Shown in pieces: positions 40,385-48,549 of a stretch of DNA of 48,549 nucleotides. This DNA is from Fibrobacterales bacterium (GTDB taxonomy: Bacteria > Fibrobacterota > Fibrobacteria > Fibrobacterales > JAOPTW01). Each line of letters begins with the position of its first letter. The first letter of the stretch is position 1. The notes below the pieces were generated by a model that was not told the origin of the DNA, searched no databases, and was given only the letters and a program-made list of their open reading frames with translations. Position numbers and translations under genes: made by a program. The stretch spans positions 1-48,549 of the forward strand of contig JAOPTX010000075.1 in NCBI GenBank assembly GCA_051532055.1, read 5' to 3'.

Positions 40385-42460
40385 ATGACCTTTAAGATGC
40401 TCTTTACAATCACACTCTTGGTGTTGATTCCATATATTGTTTCGGCGGCAATTGAACAAAAAACGGGGCTGGTTCGTCCACTCGCTATAATTGTCGATTA
40501 TCCCGATAAGCCTTTAGAAGATAATGAGAATACGTTAGAGCATTGGGAAGAAATTTTTAATGGTACCGGAACCTGGGATGAGGATCGTCGATCGCTCCGT
40601 GGTGCCTATCTTGATCAGTCCTATAATAAAATAGATGTTACCACTAAAGTACTGTGGCCTCCGTATCGTATGTCGCGCAATTTTGATGCGTATAATGAAA
40701 ATACTAAGGATCAAATTTGGGAGGCGATTCAACATTACGATCCAACCTTTGATTTCTCTGAATATGATGGTGATGGTGATGGCAGTGTCGATGTCCTTAT
40801 GTTTATTCATTCTGCTTATGGTCCTCCAGACCATAAAGGGTGCTGCTTGAATGAGATCGCTGATGGAGTCAGTTTTCAAGACCTTGTTTGGCAGGCGATC
40901 TACTCGCCTTGGCCGCCAATGGGGCCGGGGCTTTCAAGTCATGAATTTTCTCATGTCATTGGGGTCCCTGATTTTTACGACTATAATAGTGTCAATGGTG
41001 GTTCTGGTAAATGGATGGGGGGCGAGGTCTATTATGAAAGCGTCTGGAAGCCTGAACATATACCTGCCCCAGAGAGAATGGAACTTGGGTGGATTCGCCC
41101 AACGGTTCTTACCAGAAATGCGGTAGGGTTAAAAGCATACCCCTCTCATGCTTCGGATAGTGCCTTTTATAAAATCCCCATTCCAGGGGCTGATTCTTCT
41201 GAGTTTTTCACCCTACAAAGTGTCGTGCCCGAATCCTATAATAAAAACCTTCCTATGGAAGAGGGTGGGTTACTCATTTGGCATTACGATGGAACTATGG
41301 GTAATAATACCGTTGCAAAAGGAACGTCCCACCCCCGAGACCCGAACAGTCACTGTCGAGCGAGGGTGATGGAGGCAGATGGTAGAGATGACATCTGGTT
41401 TAAACAGAATGTGGGTGAGCAGAGTGACCTGTTCTATCCAGGGAATCTATTGAGTGATGGAGTATTCGGCCCTCATACAACACCAGCGGCCTTGAGTTAC
41501 TATGACACACAAACGCGAAACTTTACAGTAACCGTAACCGACTTTACTGACGGAGTAGTGACCTTTGATATTGAATTTGATCCTCTTGCCGTCACGGGTA
41601 TAACTATTTCCGAAAGTGAAATCACCATACTCAAAGGTGACTCGATGTATCTTCGTGCATCGGTGCTCCCCGTTGCCGCTACTGATAGCGTAATTTTGTG
41701 GGAAAGTTCGGATGTAACTATTGTGTCAATAGACTCAACGGGTACAATTGCTGGACTCTCTGGAGGGGTTGCAGAAATATACGGTACGACACGTGATGGT
41801 GCCTTTGAAGGGACTATAGTGGTGACTGTTGATGGCATGGTGCCAGAGGCACTTGTAGAGGATATAGAAGTGAGTGGTTATTCTGATTCTGGTTTTGTGG
41901 ATCTATATTTAGATGGCAGCCTCAGTATCACGCCTAATGGCGAGATAGAAGAGTATATATGGATTTACGAAGGGGGCGTTGTTGATAGTGGTGTGGGACC
42001 TCAAGTGTCTCTTCCTTATGGTGAACATGCGCTCACTTTGGAGGTGGCTGATAGTGATGGGCGTCGAAATAGTACTGAGTTTACTGTAACGGTATTAGAA
42101 GTGTTTACTGAAAGTAGTACTGAGTCATCATCAGAATATGAGTATTCACCTAGGAATAGTTCTTCCTCTGGCAATGATTACACAGAGAGTTCAATGGTCC
42201 TCGAAAAAGAAAGTTCCCAAGGGACTGCTTCGTTGTTTGGGGAGTATTCGATGGTACCTCATATACAAGTGGTAACTCATGCGACGCTTCAGACAGGGCC
42301 TTTCACTGTGCCTGAAGGTGTACAGTCGGTAACACTGTATACGGTCACCGGTAAAAAATTGCGGAGTATATCTGTTGAGAATGGTGTTGTTACCATTCCC
42401 GAATATTTTTTACAAGGGGTTGTTGTATTGCGCTTTAGTAATCCTGTACAGTTAAAGTGA
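40385..42460 (+). CDS. M6 (immune inhibitor A-like) metalloprotease + Big_2 + PKD-like
   Basis: HEFSHVIGVPDFYD zinc motif, FSEYDGDGDGSVD, GGLLIWH and MEADG. Big_2 ASVLP..WESSD. LDGSLS PKD-like. LYTVTGKKL tail. Confidence 0.88.
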   Translation: MTFKMLFTITLLVLIPYIVSAAIEQKTGLVRPLAIIVDYPDKPLEDNENTLEHWEEIFNGTGTWDEDRRSLRGAYLDQSYNKIDVTTKVLWPPYRMSRNFDAYNENTKDQIWEAIQHYDPTFDFSEYDGDGDGSVDVLMFIHSAYGPPDHKGCCLNEIADGVSFQDLVWQAIYSPWPPMGPGLSSHEFSHVIGVPDFYDYNSVNGGSGKWMGGEVYYESVWKPEHIPAPERMELGWIRPTVLTRNAVGLKAYPSHASDSAFYKIPIPGADSSEFFTLQSVVPESYNKNLPMEEGGLLIWHYDGTMGNNTVAKGTSHPRDPNSHCRARVMEADGRDDIWFKQNVGEQSDLFYPGNLLSDGVFGPHTTPAALSYYDTQTRNFTVTVTDFTDGVVTFDIEFDPLAVTGITISESEITILKGDSMYLRASVLPVAATDSVILWESSDVTIVSIDSTGTIAGLSGGVAEIYGTTRDGAFEGTIVVTVDGMVPEALVEDIEVSGYSDSGFVDLYLDGSLSITPNGEIEEYIWIYEGGVVDSGVGPQVSLPYGEHALTLEVADSDGRRNSTEFTVTVLEVFTESSTESSSEYEYSPRNSSSSGNDYTESSMVLEKESSQGTASLFGEYSMVPHIQVVTHATLQTGPFTVPEGVQSVTLYTVTGKKLRSISVENGVVTIPEYFLQGVVVLRFSNPVQLK

Positions 42461-42467
42461 TGATTCG

Positions 42468-42485
42468 GTACACTAAAAGGTGTAC
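42468..42485. promoter_or_regulatory. Operator-like palindrome GTACAC-TAAAAG-GTGTAC
   Basis: Perfect 6-6-6 dyad, 18/18 identical to 47194-47211, 92 nt upstream of the next gene. Confidence 0.75.
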
Positions 42486-42577
42486 ACTTATATATGTCTT
42501 GTGAGGGTTGTCATGAGTTGCGCAGCTGTAAAAGTTATTTTTTGGTTTGCGAAATAATTTAAGCAAAGTGAGGAATA

Positions 42578-44101
42578 ATGCGAAGCTCAAAGAATAGTGT
42601 ATGGGGTTGTATACTCTTTTTGCAGGGGGCGATCTTTGGTGCACAGTATACCATTGGTCCTGCTGAGATGTACGCAACACCCAATGCGCTTTATACCGCA
42701 AATATTGTGTCTACCGGTGATACTATCTCAATTGAAGCTGGTGAATATGTGGGAGTCGATGCACTTGCCCATTGGTCATCTGATAGTTTGCTCATTAGGG
42801 GCGTCAATGGCCGCCCTCATCTTAAAGTCTCAGGTGAATATATAATGGGGAAAGGGATTTGGGTTGTCTCAGGTGACTATATTACTATAGAAGATATTGA
42901 GTTTTCGGGGGCAAAAGTTCCTGATATGAACGGGGCAGGCATTCGACTCGAAGGGGCGAATGATACCATTAGAGGGTGTTCCTTTCATGACAATGAAAAT
43001 GGCATTTTGACCATTGGAGCTAGTGAGGGAGACCTCGTTATTGAATTTACCGAATTTGGGTATAGTGGTCATGGAAATGGATATACACATAATGTGTATG
43101 TGGGAAACTATAAAAAATTAATCTTCCAGAATAATTATTCACACCATGCCCACGTGGGTCATAATCTTAAATCTCGTGCTGATTCAAATCTTGTTCTCTA
43201 TAATCGCATCAGTGATGATGCCGATGGCTTTTCGAGCCGATTGGTTGATTTTCCTAATGGTGGATATAGCTTGCTGCTGGGGAATATTTTGATGCAGGGA
43301 GTGAATGCGCCGAATTACAATCTCGTAGGATATGGCCTAGAAGGACTTATAAATAAAGAACCCCATGAACTCTATCTCATTCACAATACGTTCGTTAATG
43401 AGAATCCTATAGCTGGAACCTTCGTGCACACAAAAAATGGGACTCAAAAAATAGTGTTGAATAACAATATTTTTACAGGTGTGGGAACAATTTTAAATGG
43501 TGAAGGTTATAGTGGAGAGGGAAATGTTATTGAACCTTCAATTGAAGACGTTGGGTTTGTGAACGCATCACAATTTGATTACCGGTTACTAGAGACCTCT
43601 CCAGTCATTGATGCTGGTACTGTACTCGAAGAATCACTCATTCCTCGTTTTGAATATGTGCATAAGGCCAATGCAACAATCAGGGTCACCCAAGGAGTTG
43701 TTGATATTGGGGCATATGAATATCTGAGTGAAAATAGTGATAGGGATGATGTGCAGGTGTCTAAAGGCAGCAGTAGTGAAGCTCTAGAGGGAGTGTCTCA
43801 TGAACAGCTTTATTTAAGTTCGAGCGAGCACGAATTCTCTCCAAAAAGTATTGAGCAAATGAGTAGTTCAATTGCCTTAGTTGCCTCTTTAGAACGAGAT
43901 GAAAATCGTAAAAAAGCTGTGTTATTGCCGTTTATTAATGGGGGGGATGGGCTTGTGGTGCGAGTGCCAGAAGGAAGTAAGAAATATACTGTATACTCTG
44001 TGAGGGGTGATGTTGTACATGAAGGATTTGTTGGCGGTTCTCGTAATATTACTATTGGAGCTCGTACGGTCTCCGAGATAGTATTTGTTCGGTTTCAGTG
44101 A
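42578..44101 (+). CDS. Secreted right-handed beta-helix (pectin-lyase-fold) protein
   Basis: GDTISIEAGEY, FSGAKVPDMNGAGIR, FHDNENGIL, THNVYVG, GHNLKSRA and DYRL..SPVIDAG..DIGAYE (choice-of-anchor Q-like end). VYSVRGDVV tail. Confidence 0.78.
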   Translation: MRSSKNSVWGCILFLQGAIFGAQYTIGPAEMYATPNALYTANIVSTGDTISIEAGEYVGVDALAHWSSDSLLIRGVNGRPHLKVSGEYIMGKGIWVVSGDYITIEDIEFSGAKVPDMNGAGIRLEGANDTIRGCSFHDNENGILTIGASEGDLVIEFTEFGYSGHGNGYTHNVYVGNYKKLIFQNNYSHHAHVGHNLKSRADSNLVLYNRISDDADGFSSRLVDFPNGGYSLLLGNILMQGVNAPNYNLVGYGLEGLINKEPHELYLIHNTFVNENPIAGTFVHTKNGTQKIVLNNNIFTGVGTILNGEGYSGEGNVIEPSIEDVGFVNASQFDYRLLETSPVIDAGTVLEESLIPRFEYVHKANATIRVTQGVVDIGAYEYLSENSDRDDVQVSKGSSSEALEGVSHEQLYLSSSEHEFSPKSIEQMSSSIALVASLERDENRKKAVLLPFINGGDGLVVRVPEGSKKYTVYSVRGDVVHEGFVGGSRNITIGARTVSEIVFVRFQ

Positions 44102-44131
44102 GGTGGAGTGGGGGACTGCTCTCTGGCGTCC

Positions 44132-44149
44132 GTACACTAAAATAAGTAC
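44132..44149. promoter_or_regulatory. Operator-like site GTACAC-TAAAAT-AAGTAC
   Basis: 15/18 match to 42468-42485, 88 nt upstream of the TIGR02147 start. TATAAT at 44166-44171. Confidence 0.65.
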
Positions 44150-44237
44150 GAAAAACGCAATTAATTATAATGTTCTTTGAATATGATACTGAAAATTCTT
44201 ACATTGATAGGTACAGTGTCACAGAAAGATAGGTTCA

Positions 44238-45089
44238 ATGTCCCTTAAAATTAAGGTTAGAGACTATGTTGACTATGTTGTTTTCTTAAATGACTGGTTT
44301 GTAGCTAAAAAAGAGCAGTCAGCTGCGTTCTCTTTTAGGTTGTTTGCTGATGCTGCGCAATTTAAATCAAAATCTCATATGGCCGAAATTATAAAGGGTA
44401 AGAAACAACTTTCGCGGAAGTCAATACTCAATGTTGCCCATGCCATGAAGCTCAATGATATAGATATTGAATATTTCAGTCATTTGGTTCATTTTCAGAC
44501 GGCTAAATCCGTGACTGAAAAAAATATCTATTGGAGCAAGATCTGTGAGATGCAGCTACCGTCTTTGGCAAAGAGGAAAACGTTTAGAGAATATTCATTT
44601 TTAAGTAACTGGTATAATATTCCTATTAGGGAGATTCTAACGGTTGTTGATTTTAACAATGATTTTCGGTTTTTAGGTAAACAAGTCTGGCCCCCTATAT
44701 CTCAAAAACAAGCTAAAGAAGCTGTAGAGCTGTTAGTAGAACTGGATATGGTTGAAAAAAGTGGACCACTGTATATACAAAAGAGTTTTGATATACTCGT
44801 TGATCCTGTTGTGAAAAAATTAGCTTACCATAATTATCAAAAAGAGATCATTGGTCTCGGCGCTGACGCTATAGATGACTTAACAGATTTGAGACGCTAT
44901 ACTCAAACAATCAGTTATGGATCAAACCCTATTCTTAATAATAAAATTAATGTCTTGATTGATTCGTTTGTTGGTGATCTCTATCAATTGGTTCAGCAGT
45001 ATCCAGACGTTGATGAGGTAAAACAATTGAATTTACAGGTTTTCTCTTTAAGTAAACAAAATTTGACAGGAAAAAAGAAAGAACGATGA
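44238..45089 (+). CDS. TIGR02147-family protein (second copy)
   Basis: VRDYVDYVVFLNDWF..FSFRLFA..GKKQLS, FLSNWYNIPIREIL, PPIS..AKEAV.LL and QLNLQVF. Confidence 0.9.
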   Translation: MSLKIKVRDYVDYVVFLNDWFVAKKEQSAAFSFRLFADAAQFKSKSHMAEIIKGKKQLSRKSILNVAHAMKLNDIDIEYFSHLVHFQTAKSVTEKNIYWSKICEMQLPSLAKRKTFREYSFLSNWYNIPIREILTVVDFNNDFRFLGKQVWPPISQKQAKEAVELLVELDMVEKSGPLYIQKSFDILVDPVVKKLAYHNYQKEIIGLGADAIDDLTDLRRYTQTISYGSNPILNNKINVLIDSFVGDLYQLVQQYPDVDEVKQLNLQVFSLSKQNLTGKKKER

Positions 45090-46966
45090 TCTATATACTC
45101 ATTTCGCTGATAACACTCTTCATTGCCTGCTCCACCGATACGGTGCTCCCCTCTAATCAATTTACTGGTATTGTTGTGGTTGGAGATAACCCGGTGGCCT
45201 CAAAAGTTGCCCTTTATGAACGGGATGCATCAGACTCTGCTCTCTATATTATCGAAACGGATTCTACTGGGATCTTTCAGTTGGGCGATGTACCTGATGG
45301 AGAATACCGCATGGTTGTTCGGCAGCAGTGGTTTTTTGGTGAAATTATCGATTCCATCAAAAAAGATGCTTCGGATCGCTTTCTCACGGTATCCCTTTCA
45401 CCTTTTAAAATATTGCCCCTGAATGTTTCAGGGAGAGTCACGAATATTTCATGGTTTGGTGATTCGTTGCCAGCCTTTAAAGAAGATAGAAGTGTACTCT
45501 ATATCGATGACCGAATAGTACACTGTACGTTTCATTTGAACTCGGGTGATAGTGCCTATACCATTCAGGATGTTGGTGATAGTGTTATCGTTTCGGCAGG
45601 AAGTGATTCAGTTGTGTACCTTGATACTTTTGATTTTGTGGTACCGAGTGAGAATGCAAATGTATCAAGTGATCAGGAGAAATTATTGTCGAGTAGCTCT
45701 CAAGTATCTTCCTCCATTGGAGAGGTGAGTGTCATCTCATCATCATCATCATTAGTATCAGTATCAGTTATAGCCCCTGTTCAGTCATCACAAGATAAAG
45801 GGTTTGTTAGTTCATCTATTGTGAGTTGGGATTCAACCAGTATAATCGTACCTCATTCGAGTTCAAGTAGAGCGAAGGATGATGAAATCGAATTGCCAGA
45901 AGCTCAGATTGACGCAGGGTACCCTTATGGACTTGGCATACGTAAAGACGATACACAGGGTAACTTAGAAGGGTATTGGTTGTGGAAAAAGGGAACCATT
46001 GATGCGCCACCCTTTGTTGCTGAAAAAAATGTTGTGTATCGATTTTATGAAGATCAAGTATTGATTCAGAGAAAAGATAGCAATGATATGCATAAAGAGT
46101 TGTGGCACTGGAATGGTATTGATACCTTACATCTTGCTGAGTTTGATTCGATTCCCTATGGGGGGAATGTTCACTTTTGGGGTGATAAAATATTCTATGA
46201 AGGTACTCTGCCCGACACTTCAGAGATCAGTGTACTCTATCCCTATGACTTATCAGAAAACTTTATGGGGCAGCCTCTTACCGCACTGCCCAATCAAGTT
46301 GTCACTGATAGTATACTGGTCGCTGTGGATGAATTTGATGTCATTCAATATCGTTATGTAAATAAAACAGATCAGTCCTATAGTGAGGTGGGGACTGTCT
46401 TTAATCTACAAGCGTATGGAAGTCAGTTTGCCTATAGTTATTTTTTTGGTAGCCTGTATACGGTTAAATTATGGGACTCCTATGGAGGTGCATATATAGT
46501 CGATGAGGGTATGCTAGCGAATGATAGTGGCACTTCTCCAGTCCTTTCATTGTTTAAAGGACTTCTTACCTGGGAGATGCCTCTTTCAGTTGACCGTTCA
46601 GAAATTCGGATGTTGGTCGATGGCGTTGTAGAGACAATTGCTGAGAGTGATCGGTTACAGCATTTGATTACCGCTGATACTGAAGTACTCTGGGTTGATA
46701 AGAAGGGGACCTTTGTACGATATTTTGAGAATAGTGTTGATACCCTCTTTCAGGAACCCTTGAATAATGGTTCGAACACCCCAAGGTATATCAAAATGGT
46801 GGCACTCATTAATGGTATTATATTATACGAAGTAATTGAGAGCGCAGGTTTATCTGAAATATATGTGTACGAGATGGGTTCAAGCACTGAGGGTCATAAG
46901 ATGTTAGATGGAGGATTGATTCCCTCTCAGGGGACTCCATACAGTTATCGACCCAATCTTAATTGA
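45086..46966 (+). CDS. Lipoprotein with a carboxypeptidase-regulatory-like N-terminal domain and a beta-rich C-terminal region
   Basis: Lipobox FIAC, ETDSTGIFQLGDVPDGEYRM and a Ser-rich linker. ATGA overlap with TIGR02147. Confidence 0.72.
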   Translation: MIYILISLITLFIACSTDTVLPSNQFTGIVVVGDNPVASKVALYERDASDSALYIIETDSTGIFQLGDVPDGEYRMVVRQQWFFGEIIDSIKKDASDRFLTVSLSPFKILPLNVSGRVTNISWFGDSLPAFKEDRSVLYIDDRIVHCTFHLNSGDSAYTIQDVGDSVIVSAGSDSVVYLDTFDFVVPSENANVSSDQEKLLSSSSQVSSSIGEVSVISSSSSLVSVSVIAPVQSSQDKGFVSSSIVSWDSTSIIVPHSSSSRAKDDEIELPEAQIDAGYPYGLGIRKDDTQGNLEGYWLWKKGTIDAPPFVAEKNVVYRFYEDQVLIQRKDSNDMHKELWHWNGIDTLHLAEFDSIPYGGNVHFWGDKIFYEGTLPDTSEISVLYPYDLSENFMGQPLTALPNQVVTDSILVAVDEFDVIQYRYVNKTDQSYSEVGTVFNLQAYGSQFAYSYFFGSLYTVKLWDSYGGAYIVDEGMLANDSGTSPVLSLFKGLLTWEMPLSVDRSEIRMLVDGVVETIAESDRLQHLITADTEVLWVDKKGTFVRYFENSVDTLFQEPLNNGSNTPRYIKMVALINGIILYEVIESAGLSEIYVYEMGSSTEGHKMLDGGLIPSQGTPYSYRPNLN

Positions 46967-47171
46967 TTCTTAACTCCCTGTTGTTGTTATCCTTCGGTAT
47001 TACCTGTTGCGGTAGCTGAATGAGTATACTGCTGATTGGTAGCTTTTAAGGTCATACCTTCTCCATTACAATAGTTTCAAGGTTCATTGTGTTATTTCGT
47101 ACTGTGATGTATCAAAAGTAAAATGAATGTGTCTGATGTTCAGTAAGATGTTTACAGCTTTATCAATAATC

Positions 47172-47240
47172 GTACACAACTAAGAGTACGGAAGTACACT
47201 AAAAGGTGTACGGTAAGTACGGTTTTAACTGAGCGTACAC
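47172..47240. promoter_or_regulatory. Tandem GTAC-N10-GTAC operator array
   Basis: GTACAC-AACTAA-GAGTAC (47172-47189) and GTACAC-TAAAAG-GTGTAC (47194-47211), with extra GTAC cores at 47217 and 47235. Confidence 0.75.
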
Positions 47241-47330
47241 TGGAGTAGGTTTTTCAGGATTCTTAACTTTGTAGTTGAATACAGAGATGTGCCCACAACA
47301 GTCATCTTTGGAAAACTAACCTGAGGATTT

Positions 47331-48549
47331 ATGACGCTCCAATTATTTTGTTCCATTATCACCCTTGCTCTATTACTTCCAAGTACACTCTTTGCTGCTC
47401 AAGGAATACTGTCAGGGGCGGGGACAGAGTTATCCCCGTATCTCATTGAGGATTTCGCAGACTTAAATGTCGTTAAGAATGATCTGCAGGCGTGGTATCG
47501 TTTAGAGCGGTCGATTGATGCTACACCAACACCCCAAGGATCGAGTTCAGGATTTTTACCGATTGGTAGTTCGAATGCGCCATTTGTGGGTAATTTTAAT
47601 GGTGGAGGGCACCAGATTCATGGAATCACGATTAATAGAGGGGGGAACAGTAGTGTTGGACTCTTTGGGTTTGTGGGTGATGATGGAATAATTGATAATC
47701 TCAACATAACCGGAAAAGTTTACGGGTATCAATACGTTGGATGTGTCGTCGGCTATAATAAGGGGATAGTGCGTAATGTTGCTGCTCAGTGTGATGTATA
47801 TGGTAGACAGGGATATACTGGAGGTGTTGTAGGATATAATACTGGTACTATTGAGATGGTCAGTGTGTCAGGAATAGTCTCAGGGGGGAGCTCCTATATC
47901 GGAGGTGTGTGTGGCTATTCAACAGGCGCTATTTCGAAAACAGTCTTTTCGGGTAAGGTACTTTCAACGCGCTCCTATCGGGGAGGCATTGTAGGATATT
48001 TGAACAATGGTTCGATAGATGAATCGTTGAGTTATGGCTATGTTACTAGGACATCATATAGTGGTGGTTTAGTAGGAAGGTCTATATCAGGAGTGATTAC
48101 AAATAGTTATTGGAATACTGCATTATCAAATCAAAGCGTTTCTGCTGGATCTAATGGTACTGACTATCGTGCACTCTCTATTGATGAAATGAAAAATCAG
48201 AGTTCATTTACTCAATGGGACTTTGCCAATACATGGGTGATGGGAAGTCGTCGAGGGGTACCGGTATTACAAAATGTTACTGATGCTCCTATTGGAATAT
48301 CAGATCGTACTTCACTGTTTGTCGATACTTTGGCTATGGGGGCTTATCTTTTAAATGATACGACGAATATGGGAGGAGTACCGACAGTATATACATTCCT
48401 ACGAATTGAAGGGCGGGGAGATTCTCTCGATCACTGGTATATTCCAGGAGAGGATAGGACTACAGATACCCTGTGGGGAATGCCTACACTTGTGCGGTCT
48501 CCAAATATTGAAATAGAAATTTCAAACTATACTGATTTAAAAAAAATTG
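47331..48549 (+). CDS. GLUG-motif secreted/surface protein (partial, runs off the window)
   Basis: Manual translation: MTLQLFCSIITLALLLPSTLFAAQGILSGAGTELSPYLIED...FLPIG...FVGNFNGGGHQI...VGLFG...YVGCVVGYN...TGGVVGYN...SGGLVG...SYWN...WDFANTW. GAGG RBS. Not in the ORF track. Confidence 0.85.
   Translation, partial: MTLQLFCSIITLALLLPSTLFAAQGILSGAGTELSPYLIEDFADLNVVKNDLQAWYRLERSIDATPTPQGSSSGFLPIGSSNAPFVGNFNGGGHQIHGITINRGGNSSVGLFGFVGDDGIIDNLNITGKVYGYQYVGCVVGYNKGIVRNVAAQCDVYGRQGYTGGVVGYNTGTIEMVSVSGIVSGGSSYIGGVCGYSTGAISKTVFSGKVLSTRSYRGGIVGYLNNGSIDESLSYGYVTRTSYSGGLVGRSISGVITNSYWNTALSNQSVSAGSNGTDYRALSIDEMKNQSSFTQWDFANTWVMGSRRGVPVLQNVTDAPIGISDRTSLFVDTLAMGAYLLNDTTNMGGVPTVYTFLRIEGRGDSLDHWYIPGEDRTTDTLWGMPTLVRSPNIEIEISNYTDLKKI

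Noticed and set aside
47172..47240. CRISPR array or integron attC/recombination sites from the GTAC repeats
   Set aside because: There is no repeat-spacer periodicity, no cas or integrase gene and no GTTRRRY/RYYYAAC cassette ends. The position upstream of genes fits operators better.

Overview
AT-rich bacterial chromosomal window that is almost entirely a secretome island. It encodes GH18, CE2-like SGNH, GH5, GH141-like beta-helix, CE4, GH16 and an uncharacterised GH-A-like enzyme. It also encodes a C25 (gingipain-like) and an M6 protease, three EEP-family proteins (two disrupted), a secreted nucleoside-hydrolase-like protein, a GLUG-motif protein (cut by the window end), an MCP, a TetR/SRPBCC pair and a decayed Phd/YefM-RelE/ParE toxin-antitoxin pair. 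Two TIGR02147-family genes, long Ser-rich linkers and short T9SS-tail-like C-termini point to a Fibrobacterota genome (inference). The strongest unexplained signal is a repeated two-gene module: TIGR02147 HTH protein plus an ATGA-coupled lipoprotein. Around the second copy, an 18-bp GTAC-N10-GTAC palindrome lies about 90-140 nt upstream of the TIGR02147 gene and of both flanking secreted-protein genes. This looks like the operator of a local regulon for an uncharacterised regulator family. No rRNA, tRNA, CRISPR array or intact mobile element was seen. All family calls come from motif recognition by eye, not from database searches.
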